A stretch of DNA of 64,000 nucleotides from Desulfosudaceae bacterium. GTDB taxonomy: Bacteria > Desulfobacterota > Desulfobacteria > Desulfobacterales > Desulfosudaceae. Of this stretch, positions 49,298 to 57,978 are shown in pieces. The position numbers and the translations under genes were made by a program. The stretch is from positions 1,088,001 to 1,152,000 of the forward strand of contig CAXXDV010000001.1 of the NCBI GenBank assembly GCA_963674745.2, written 5' to 3'. Below the pieces are notes generated by a model. The model worked only from the letters and a program-made list of their open reading frames with translations, was not told the origin of the DNA and made no database searches. Each line of letters opens with the position of its first letter. Within the stretch, counting starts at the first letter, position 1.

Positions 49298-50090
49298 TTG
49301 GGGCCGGTACCGCTTTTGTTTCTTTTTTCCCGGCCGGTTTCGGCTGAGTGTTTTCGATCGGCTTGGGATTATAGATATTGCCATAAACCCGTATAGACAA
49401 CTGCGGTTGCGCTTTGCTGTCGGTATCAAGAAGAATCGTGTCCCGAAACGCCCCGGGTTGGGTGGTGGTGTTTTCAACCTCAACCAGATAGCCGGCCCGG
49501 TCGGTTTCCGGATCCGTCATTTCTTTTACCTCAAACCGGATATTCCGCCCCTGCTGTGCTTTTGAACCGGTAATCTTGAACGGGGTTTTTTCCGTAGGCA
49601 TTACCGTGACCGTTTTTTTTATGACGGTACCGGCCGTTCCGTTAAGCCTGAGCACAGAAGGCTTGATGTCGGCGAACTTTTCCACCGGAAAAGTCAGGGT
49701 TAAAGTAATGACTTTTCTAACCGGATCGTTTGTATAAACCTGGGCGTATTTGGACATGGTCCTTCCACCATATCCTTTTGAATTCATTTTGATGGTGACG
49801 TTTCCCTCGCCGCCGGCGGGGATGGATCTCGAATACGAGACGGCCGTGCACCCTCACCCGGTTTTGACTTTTTCTATTTCCAGCGGTGCGTTACCCTCGT
49901 TCTTGATAATAAAAGCATGCCGTACCTCGGTTCCTTCAATCACCGCGGCAAGGGTCTGGCGGGTCTTTTCAACCACCGCCATGGGTGCGGTCGGTGTCGG
50001 ATCAGTTACAGATTCTGTTTGCGTATCCGCTGCCACCGCCGTGGTGGCAAACAACAGCATCAACAAGCCGAGCATTCTGAACTTTATCAC
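49278..50090 (-). CDS. Exported DUF1573/Ig-like protein with in-frame UGA, probable selenoprotein (270 aa)
   Basis: ORFs 49854-50090 and 49278-49787 share a frame separated only by TGA at 49856-49854: IKNEGNAPLEIEKVKTG-U-GCTAVSYSRSIPAGGEGNVTI; signal peptide; SD AGGAG. Confidence 0.8.
49819..49853 (-). promoter_or_regulatory. SECIS-like hairpin
   Basis: After UGA: lower stem GGGUG/CAUCC, upper stem GUCUCG-UAUU-CGAGAU, apical loop 17-18 nt from the UGA. Confidence 0.6.
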
Positions 50091-50121
50091 AACAGTCTCC
50101 TTTTTCTTTTTTATGCATCCA

Positions 50122-50263
50122 GGGCACCTCTAAAAATTGCCTTTTGGCCCGATCTCGGCATTGTGCTCAAGTTTTAATCCTCGAAATACGTCAATGTATT
50201 CCTCCGGTTAAAATTTTCGCACGCCTTGACCTCGAACCAAAATTCTAATTTTTAGAGATACCC
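50122..50263. mobile_element. 142-bp MITE with 17-bp TIRs and 4-bp TSD (TCCA)
   Basis: GGGCACCTCTAAAAATT ... AATTTTTAGAGATACCC (15/17); TCCA at 50118-50121 and 50264-50267; internally self-complementary. Confidence 0.85.
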
Positions 50264-50754
50264 TCCAGTGTCATTCGTTGTGGCATCATGGTTTTCGTAT
50301 CCACGATGCAGAACCCGGGCACATCATCTTTCCCCAGCATTTCCCCCGGATTAATCACCAACGTATCATTAATTCGCTTATGCGTATATATATGAAAATG
50401 ACCGTAACAGATCAAATCAAACCGGCCGCCGGCCGCAATGTCCTCAGCAAACGTCCCGTCATGCATAAAGGCGATACGGCATCCGTCGGCATTTATCTGG
50501 CCGAAAAGCCCATGCAGAGTAATGTTTTGATACAGCGTCAAGGCGTGTTTTGTCAGCAGATACTGGTCCCCGTCATTGTTGCCGAAAACGCCGTGAGCCG
50601 GAATGCCGGCCGCGTCCAGCTCTTTTAACATGAACGGGGCCACAAAATCACCACAGTGAATGATCATGTCACAGGCGGCGGAACGAATCATCTCCACTGC
50701 CTGGCGGATGTGCGGTATCTGATCGTGGGTATCACTCATTATGGCAATACGCAT
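50245..50754 (-). CDS. YfcE/MJ0936-family metallophosphoesterase
   Basis: SDTH, HCGD, GNND, GHFH, NPG motifs; stop codon lies inside the MITE. Confidence 0.92.
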   Translation of the reverse strand: MRIAIMSDTHDQIPHIRQAVEMIRSAACDMIIHCGDFVAPFMLKELDAAGIPAHGVFGNNDGDQYLLTKHALTLYQNITLHGLFGQINADGCRIAFMHDGTFAEDIAAGGRFDLICYGHFHIYTHKRINDTLVINPGEMLGKDDVPGFCIVDTKTMMPQRMTLEGISKN

Positions 50755-50781
50755 GGTTTCCGACCTCTTTTATATACAATA

Positions 50782-52854
50782 CTACATCATCACATACGGG
50801 TCAACATCCACCACCAGCCGGACACCGTGGCGCCTGATGGCGGAACCACTGTCAGCCAACAGGCGGGCTGTAAAAAGGTTCAGGTCTGCTGCGGAACGAC
50901 CCTTTAGAAGAATCTGCCATCGAAACCGTCCGGCCAGCCGGTATATGGGCGACTCCACCGGCCCCAGGATTTCTACCCCCCCGAAACGGGCGGCATTTTC
51001 CCGCTTTAACAGGGTACACTGCCGACCGGCCATCATGGCCTGGGTCTTTGTTTTTTCAATGTCTTTTCCTGAAATCCGAAGTTGAATCAGCCTGGCATAA
51101 GGCGGGTAGGCGAGCTGCCGCCGGAATCCGATCTCTTTCTCATAAAAAGCCGCCATGTCGTGGGTTCTGGCCGTCTGGATACTGAAGTGGTCCGGATTAT
51201 AGGTCTGCATGATGACCCGCCCGGGAGTGTCACCCCGGCCGGCACGACCCGCCACCTGAGCCAGAAGCTGAAAGGTCAATTCGCCGGCCCGAAAGTCCGG
51301 AAAATTAAGGGCCAGGTCGGCGCAGATAATACCAATCAGGGTTATTCCCGGGAAATCATGACCTTTGGCCACCATCTGGGTACCGATAAGAATATCGGTT
51401 TTTCTTTTTTTAACGTTTTTCAGAATCCGGGCCATCGACCCTTTGCGGGTGGTCGTATCCCTGTCAAGACGGTCGACAACCGCTTCCGGAAAAAGCTGTT
51501 TTATAGCGGCCTCCACCTTTTCCGTCCCCATGCCGAGCTGCTTTATGGCGGTTGAACCGCAATGGGCGCATCCGACGGCCACCGGCCGGGAATAGCCGCA
51601 GAAATGACAACGATAGGCGTTTCCGCTCCGATGCAGGGTCAGGGTAATATCGCAGTTTTTGCACTTGACGGCCTCTCCGCAGACCGCACAGACGGGAAAA
51701 TTTGCAAAGCCGCGGCGATTTAAAAAAAGAAGCGCCTGATTTTTCCGGGCCAGGGTTTCCTTAATCGCCTGATAAAGTTCATCGGTTATAATTCCCCCCA
51801 GGCCTCGCCGGGAATGGTCGTTTCGCAAATCGACCACCTTGATTTCCGGAAGCGGGTAATTGTTTATCCGGTTTTTAAGAGAGTAAACATCTGAAAACTT
51901 TCCGGTTCGGGCATTATAAACCGACTGCATGGAGGGTGTGGCCGATCCCAATATGACCAGGGCGTTTGACTGCTTTCCCCGGACCAGCGCCAGATCCCGG
52001 GCATTGTATCGCAAACCGTTTTCCTGTTTATATGACGTATCATGTTCTTCATCGACGATAATGACGCCCAGAGAGTGGAGCGGGGCAAAGATGGCCGACC
52101 GTGTGCCGATGACCAGGCTTGCTTCTCGGCGCATGATTTTCATCCACTGGTCGCGACGTTCGGTTTTGGTAAGGCTGCTGTGAAGAACCGCAATCCGTTC
52201 TCCGAAACGCGCCCGGAATCGTCTTTCTGCCTGAGAGATCAGGGCGATCTCCGGCACCAGGATCAGGGCCGTCTGTTTTTGATTTAAAACCGCCTCGGCA
52301 ATGCGCATGTAGACTTCCGTCTTACCGCTGCCCGTCACTCCGGACAGCAGGCAGGAGTAAAAGCCGTTGCCGATGCGGTCAACGACCGCATCCACGACCT
52401 GCTGCTGCTCAGGCGTCAGGCAGGGCGGTTGATCCGGCACAATGACCTCTCCGATGGCGTCCCGGGATACTTTTTTCGCCCGGGCGGATCTTTTGGCACC
52501 GGTTGCCGCAGGCATGGCGTTTTTGATCGTTTCTCCCAAAGGGTAAAGGTAATAATCCGCGATCCAGCGGAAAAAAGCCGACATGCTGTCCGGAAACAGG
52601 GGCGTGTCATCAATAATATCAGAGATGGGCTTGAGGGCGGTGTCCGGTGTTTTTTCCGTCGGCCCGAGAACATATCCGGTCACGGTCTGCTGACCGAAGG
52701 GAACAAAGACGCGTTTGCCGGAAACCGCCTGACCGGTCAGATGAGGCGGTACCAGATAGGTGTAGGTACCGAAAACCGGAAGGCAGACCGCCACATCGAC
52801 GCAATCTGAAGCTGACAAATCAGGTGTAATGGAACTGTTCAGGGTTGACGACAT
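50782..52854 (-). CDS. priA: Primosomal protein N'
   Basis: GVTGSGKTEVY, DEEHD, GSATPS, four CxxC, GTQMVAKGHDFP, QVAGRAGR, DVDP. Confidence 0.95.
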   Translation of the reverse strand: MSSTLNSSITPDLSASDCVDVAVCLPVFGTYTYLVPPHLTGQAVSGKRVFVPFGQQTVTGYVLGPTEKTPDTALKPISDIIDDTPLFPDSMSAFFRWIADYYLYPLGETIKNAMPAATGAKRSARAKKVSRDAIGEVIVPDQPPCLTPEQQQVVDAVVDRIGNGFYSCLLSGVTGSGKTEVYMRIAEAVLNQKQTALILVPEIALISQAERRFRARFGERIAVLHSSLTKTERRDQWMKIMRREASLVIGTRSAIFAPLHSLGVIIVDEEHDTSYKQENGLRYNARDLALVRGKQSNALVILGSATPSMQSVYNARTGKFSDVYSLKNRINNYPLPEIKVVDLRNDHSRRGLGGIITDELYQAIKETLARKNQALLFLNRRGFANFPVCAVCGEAVKCKNCDITLTLHRSGNAYRCHFCGYSRPVAVGCAHCGSTAIKQLGMGTEKVEAAIKQLFPEAVVDRLDRDTTTRKGSMARILKNVKKRKTDILIGTQMVAKGHDFPGITLIGIICADLALNFPDFRAGELTFQLLAQVAGRAGRGDTPGRVIMQTYNPDHFSIQTARTHDMAAFYEKEIGFRRQLAYPPYARLIQLRISGKDIEKTKTQAMMAGRQCTLLKRENAARFGGVEILGPVESPIYRLAGRFRWQILLKGRSAADLNLFTARLLADSGSAIRRHGVRLVVDVDPYVMM

Positions 52855-52960
52855 TCCGTACCAATGAAGATTTTGAAAAACCGGCGGTTTTCACCGATGA
52901 ACAAACCAGCCCTCATATCCGGGATGGAGAATATACCGAAACCGGACTACGCCCCGTCAG

Positions 52961-54241
52961 CTAACGACCTTCCACGGGCACAACGTCACGTGTAAGCTGC
53001 CCGGTATAAATCTGGCGTGGGCGGAACAGCTTTTTTTCCGGATCATCATTCAGTTCTTTCCAGTGCGCGATCCATCCGGGAAGGCGCCCGATGGCAAACA
53101 TCACCGTAAACATGGTAATGGGAATACCAAGCGTTCTTAACACCATACCACTGTAAAAATCAATGTTGGGGTACAGGTTATGATCCTTGAAATAGGCATC
53201 TTCGAGGGCGATCTCTTCCAGCCTGAGGGCAATATTCAGGAGTGGATCATCGACCTGGGCCACCGCCATCATCCGGTCACACATTTTTTTCATAATCCGT
53301 GCCCGGGGGTCATACGTCCTATAAACACTGTGGCCGAATCCCATCAAACGGAAAGGATCACTTTTATCCTTGGCCTTGGCCACGGCCTTATGTACGTCTC
53401 CACCGTTTATGCTGATTTCCTCGAGCATCTCCACCACCGCCCGGTTGGCGCCGCCATGCAACGGGCCCCATAGGGCCGAAATACCGGCGGAAACCGCCGC
53501 GTAAATGTTGGCCCGGGCGCTGCCCACCCCCCGAACGGTTGAAGTGGAGCAGTTCTGCTCGTGATCGGCATGAAGAACCCAGAATGTATTCAAGGCATCC
53601 ACAAATTCCGGACGCAGCTTATAGGGGATGACCGGTGTGTCAAACATCATGTTCAGAAAATTGGCGCAATAGGTATAGTCCGGCCTGGGATAAACCACCT
53701 TATGGCCCCTGGAAATCTTGTAAGACATGGCCGCCATGGTTCTGACCTTGGAGATCAACCGCAAAAACGTAATCTCCATAGCCTCGTCAGTGTCCACCAG
53801 TTCCGGGTAAAAATTTCTGAGGGCATTTACCATGGAAGAAAGGATGCCCATGGGATTTGATGATCGGGGAAAGTTCTGGAAAAAAATCCGCATATCCTCA
53901 TGCACCATGGAATGGTCGTTCAGCATACAGCTCATGCGGTTATGCTCGGATTGTGACGGCAGATCACCGTTTAGCAGCAGGTAACACACATCGACAAAAC
54001 AGGCTTTTTCCGCAAGCTGTTCGATGGGATAACCGCGATATCGAAGCACGCCTTCCTTTCCGTCCATAAACGTAATGGCGCTTCTACAGCCGGCCGTATT
54101 CCCGAAGCCCGGGTCAAAGGTCATATAACCGGTCTCTGTTCGCAATTTTCTGATATCAATAGCACTTTTTCCTTCCGTGCCTTTAATTATCGGCAAATCA
54201 TAGGTCTTACCATCCACCGTCAGTGTGGCTTTTTCGGTCAT
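52961..54241 (-). CDS. gltA: Citrate (Si)-synthase
   Basis: LRYRGYPIEQL, HADHEQNCST, GPLHGGAN, LMGFGH, YPNIDFYSG; ATG 54241. Confidence 0.93.
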   Translation of the reverse strand: MTEKATLTVDGKTYDLPIIKGTEGKSAIDIRKLRTETGYMTFDPGFGNTAGCRSAITFMDGKEGVLRYRGYPIEQLAEKACFVDVCYLLLNGDLPSQSEHNRMSCMLNDHSMVHEDMRIFFQNFPRSSNPMGILSSMVNALRNFYPELVDTDEAMEITFLRLISKVRTMAAMSYKISRGHKVVYPRPDYTYCANFLNMMFDTPVIPYKLRPEFVDALNTFWVLHADHEQNCSTSTVRGVGSARANIYAAVSAGISALWGPLHGGANRAVVEMLEEISINGGDVHKAVAKAKDKSDPFRLMGFGHSVYRTYDPRARIMKKMCDRMMAVAQVDDPLLNIALRLEEIALEDAYFKDHNLYPNIDFYSGMVLRTLGIPITMFTVMFAIGRLPGWIAHWKELNDDPEKKLFRPRQIYTGQLTRDVVPVEGR

Positions 54242-54379
54242 CTTCCTTCTCCTGCGCATGATCACACTGCAGTCGGCGGCAGTGTTCTGTTCTCTGATAA
54301 AAAGAATCGCTACAAAAATATATACCTGTTTAAGGCATAAAATGAAAAAACGGGGCAATGTGCACGGCACAACTTTTTT

Positions 54380-54408
54380 TATATATCAAAATAAAAAACG
54401 ATTTGCAA
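54380..54408 (-). promoter_or_regulatory. Possible sigma70 promoter of gltA
   Basis: Minus strand TTGCAA, 17 bp, TATATA. Confidence 0.45.
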
Positions 54409-54424
54409 TAAAAAACTGCGCCGG

Positions 54425-55570
54425 TCAGACAAAAACCCGAGCGACCCGATGCGTTATGGCAGAAACCACTTCGTAGTGAATCGTCTCCCGTGCCGCGGCA
54501 ATCTCATCAGCGCTTATCTGCATCTGCCCCTGCCGCCCCAGAACGACCACCTCATCCTCAACTGCAACAGGATCAATACCGCCCACATCCAGCACCGTCA
54601 GATCCATGCATACACGACCCACCACCGGCGCCTTTTGGCCGGAAACCAGCATATGCCCCCGGGACGATAACCACCGGTTATAGCCGTCAGCGTAACCGAC
54701 CGGCACCACCGCCAGCGTGGTGGATTTTGGCGCCGTATATGTTGATCCGTAACTGATTTTTGTCCCGGCCGGCACCTTTTTGAGCTGAACGATCCGGGTT
54801 TTCCATGTCATGGCCGGCTGGAGCGACACGCGCTGGTGGTCGACCGTAACAGACGGATACAATCCGTAAAGGGCAATACCGGGCCGAACCATGTCGAGAT
54901 GTGTTTCCGGGAAATCGATAAGGGCGGCGCTGTTGGCCGCGTGGCGGATCAGACCGGACAAACCGGCTGAGGCCAGTTGCGCGGTCAGTTGCTCAAAAAG
55001 CGCCATCTGCGTCCGGGTATATGTTTTATCCGGATCATCCGCTGCAGCAAAATGCGTATAGACACCCTCAAGCAAAAGTCCCGGCTGGTCGGCAATGGCC
55101 ACGGCTTCCCGGACAGCCGCCGTCAGCCCCGCCCGGGGATCTTCGGTTACCACATTCTTTCCCAGGCGCCCCATTCCAGTATCCACCTTGAAGTGCACCC
55201 GCGCCACGGTGTTCTTTGCAACAGCGCTTTGGGAAAGCAGCCGTGCCTCATCCGTCGACCACACCGTCTGGATGAGATTGTGGTCAACAATTTCCCGGAT
55301 CAGGCCGGGCGGCGTATAACCCATGACCAGAATCGGCGCATCAAGCCCGTACGCCCGGAGGTCAACCCCCTCCTCAACCCTGGCCACGCCCAGCATCGAG
55401 GCGCCGTTTTTAAGGGCGATCTCAGCCACCCGGCACATACCATGTCCATAGCCATCGGCTTTGACCACCGCCATCAAGCGACAGTTTTTGCCGACCAGGC
55501 CCTTCAATGAACGGACATTACCGGCAATAGCAGACAAATCAATTTCCAGCCAGCTCAAATGACAACTCAT
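54425..55570 (-). CDS. alr: Alanine racemase
   Basis: AVVKADGYGHG PLP lysine, KVDTGMGRLG, ANSA, VRPGI, GYADG, GRVCMD. Confidence 0.96.
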   Translation of the reverse strand: MSCHLSWLEIDLSAIAGNVRSLKGLVGKNCRLMAVVKADGYGHGMCRVAEIALKNGASMLGVARVEEGVDLRAYGLDAPILVMGYTPPGLIREIVDHNLIQTVWSTDEARLLSQSAVAKNTVARVHFKVDTGMGRLGKNVVTEDPRAGLTAAVREAVAIADQPGLLLEGVYTHFAAADDPDKTYTRTQMALFEQLTAQLASAGLSGLIRHAANSAALIDFPETHLDMVRPGIALYGLYPSVTVDHQRVSLQPAMTWKTRIVQLKKVPAGTKISYGSTYTAPKSTTLAVVPVGYADGYNRWLSSRGHMLVSGQKAPVVGRVCMDLTVLDVGGIDPVAVEDEVVVLGRQGQMQISADEIAAARETIHYEVVSAITHRVARVFV

Positions 55571-55599
55571 ATGCTTACCAAACCAACGTATATCCGGGG

Positions 55600-56343
55600 T
55601 TATTTCTTCTGGTGCTCATGCAAAAGGAATTTCTGCTCTTCCGGGGTCAAAAAACGCCACTGTCCTTCTTTTAGGTTTCCCAGCCTGATACCGGAAATCC
55701 TTAATCGTTTTAAAGCGCTTAACCGATGGCCCAGGTGGCCGGTCATTTTTCGAATCTGCCGGTTTCGACCTTCCTGCAGGACAATACGAAACCGCCGGGC
55801 AGACACGCGCCTCACTTTTGCCGGCCGGGTTTTTTTGCCCTCGATCCAGATGCCCGCTTTCAATTTTGCCAGATCTTTGTCCGGTATGGGGGCCTCAACA
55901 GTAACATCATATTCTTTTTCATGATCAAAAGACGGGTGTGAAAGCTTCAGATGCAAACCACCGTCATTGGTCAGCAGCATCAGGCCGGTTGAGGCCTTGT
56001 CAAGCCGTCCTACCGGATAGACGCGTTCGTCAATGCTGACCAGATCAAGAATGGTTTTTTCCTGTTTTTGCAGACAGCTGCTCACATACCCGGCCGGCTT
56101 GTTCAGGGCGATGTAAATCTTCGGCTGACCCGGCACCACAACCTGTCCGTCAACCATAACACGATCCGTCTCCGGATCGACCTTGACCCCAAGCTGCGTA
56201 ATCACCTCACCGTTCACGGCGACCCGCCCCTGGCGGATATATGTCTCCGCCTGCCGGCGGGAACAAATCCCGGCCGAAGCAATGAATTTCTGAAGTCGCA
56301 TAACAACTCCGGCCTGCTCTGACATTTCGTAACCGCTCACCAT
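55600..56343 (-). CDS. RsuA/RluB-family rRNA pseudouridine synthase
   Basis: S4 domain RLQKFIASAGICSRR, NKPAG, VGRLD, EGRNRQIR. Confidence 0.93.
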   Translation of the reverse strand: MVSGYEMSEQAGVVMRLQKFIASAGICSRRQAETYIRQGRVAVNGEVITQLGVKVDPETDRVMVDGQVVVPGQPKIYIALNKPAGYVSSCLQKQEKTILDLVSIDERVYPVGRLDKASTGLMLLTNDGGLHLKLSHPSFDHEKEYDVTVEAPIPDKDLAKLKAGIWIEGKKTRPAKVRRVSARRFRIVLQEGRNRQIRKMTGHLGHRLSALKRLRISGIRLGNLKEGQWRFLTPEEQKFLLHEHQKK

Positions 56344-56379
56344 ATTTTTTGCTGCGATTAACGGCTTCTTTCACGGTAT

Positions 56380-56414
56380 AGGGTTCAAGGATTCAAGGGG
56401 TCGAGGGTCCAAGG
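56380..56414. repeat. 8-bp tandem array, single arm (4 units)
   Basis: AGGGTTCA AGGATTCA AGGGGTCG AGGGTCCA AGG. Confidence 0.8.
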
Positions 56415-56424
56415 GACTTATCGT

Positions 56425-57615
56425 TCAAGTCCGGTAGTGGGCGTTCAACTTCACATAATCCAATGTTAAATCGGACGTATAAACAGAGGCATGGCCGGTC
56501 CCGCCGGTATTCAGATCGATCGACAACGATATCTCATTCCGCTGGATAGTTTTACGGGCTTCTTCCTCAGACGATGCGCCACACCCGCACCCGTTGCGGA
56601 CCACCTGAATGGTATCAAAAAACACGTTCACCTTTTCCGGCTGGACCTCGACACCCGATCGTCCGACCGCGGCCAGAATCCGGCCCCAGTTGACATCCTC
56701 ACCAAAAAAAGCCGTTTTCACCAGCGTCGAATCCGCCACAACCCGGGCCACCCGGTCGGCGTCTTTGTCTGATCGCGCACCCTGCACGCTGACTTCAATC
56801 AGCTTGGTGGCCCCTTCGCCGTCGCGGACAATCATTTTGGCAAGTTCCATCAGAACACTATCCAGTGCCTGCTGAAAACGCCACCGGTCTGTTTCCGTCA
56901 CCAGCGCGGCATCGCTCATGCCGTTGGCCAGAATAATCACCGTGTCATTGGTGCTGGTATCCCCATCAACGGTTATGCGGTTAAAAGAATAGTCAACCGC
57001 CTGCCCGAGACTCGTTGCCAGCACTTCAGACGAGGCCTGGACATCCGTGCACACAAAACAAAGCATGGTGGCCATATCCGGACAAATCATACCGGCGCCC
57101 TTGGCCACGGCGGTAATCATGAACTCACCACCGTCATCCATCCGGAAAACCTCTGAAACGGTTTTGGGAAACTGGTCTGTTGTCAGAATACTGGTCGAAA
57201 AATCATAAAACCCGTCGGCCGACAGGCTTTCTACGGCCTTTGGAATCGCTTCGGAAACCTTTTCAATGGGCAGCGGAACACCGATGACACCGGTTGAAGC
57301 CACCAGCACCCATTCTTCTTCCACACCCAGTTCTTCGGCCACCCTTTTTGTCATATCCCTTGCGTCCCGCATTCCCTTATCGCCGGTGCAGCAGTTGGCA
57401 TTACCGCTGTTAACGATAACCGCCTGACATATTCCGGAGACGATATGCTCGATATCCAGCAGAACAGGCGCTGCCTTGACCCGGTTTTTCGTAAAAACAG
57501 CCGCCACCCTGGCCGGTATATTGGACAGAATCATCCCCAGGTCTTTTTCTCCATCGGGTTTAATGCCGGCTGAAATACCACTCCACTGAAAGCCCGGGCA
57601 AACCGTCACCGCCAT
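56425..57615 (-). CDS. argJ: Ornithine acetyltransferase / N-acetylglutamate synthase
   Basis: [47 protein letters not shown]; second ATG fits SD spacing. Confidence 0.96.
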   Translation of the reverse strand: MAVTVCPGFQWSGISAGIKPDGEKDLGMILSNIPARVAAVFTKNRVKAAPVLLDIEHIVSGICQAVIVNSGNANCCTGDKGMRDARDMTKRVAEELGVEEEWVLVASTGVIGVPLPIEKVSEAIPKAVESLSADGFYDFSTSILTTDQFPKTVSEVFRMDDGGEFMITAVAKGAGMICPDMATMLCFVCTDVQASSEVLATSLGQAVDYSFNRITVDGDTSTNDTVIILANGMSDAALVTETDRWRFQQALDSVLMELAKMIVRDGEGATKLIEVSVQGARSDKDADRVARVVADSTLVKTAFFGEDVNWGRILAAVGRSGVEVQPEKVNVFFDTIQVVRNGCGCGASSEEEARKTIQRNEISLSIDLNTGGTGHASVYTSDLTLDYVKLNAHYRT

Positions 57616-57703
57616 AGCCATCTCCTTGATCTTGTTTGAATTGTCTTAATCCGCCTATTTAAAAGCACCCACCTTGCTTCAGGCTTTTTGAAAAGTTATA
57701 ACG

Positions 57704-57732
57704 ATTATGCGACGACTTTATTAAAAATTCAA
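57704..57732 (-). promoter_or_regulatory. Possible sigma70 promoter of argJ
   Basis: Minus strand TTGAAT, 17 bp, CATAAT. Confidence 0.55.
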
Positions 57733-57978
57733 GCCAAAGCGCCAAATTCACGGCGTGCGGCAAGTTGAATCGGGCATTGTTCTCCTTGAGAATGAGACAC
57801 AGCACAGAAGACTTGCTCTAAACGAAGTAAAATTTTTTTAACATGGAAAGGAACCTGCGGTCCATACATATTTATTTGAAAAGTTTCGTGCTTTCTTGCT
57901 TGCATAAAATCTGATGTGATATAAAATTAATATTCAGTGTCAAAAACAGGGCCGTCAGCGACAGGATTAATATCGGTT

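Noticed and set aside
49278..49787. Separate 169-aa gene (and separate 78-aa gene at 49854-50090)
   Set aside because: Both are in-frame halves of one DUF1573 gene joined at a UGA that falls on a conserved Cys position
57748..57788. Minus-strand AAGGAG plus 9-codon ORF MPDSTCRTP upstream of argJ as a leader peptide
   Set aside because: Lies upstream of the predicted argJ promoter, has one Arg only and no attenuator structure
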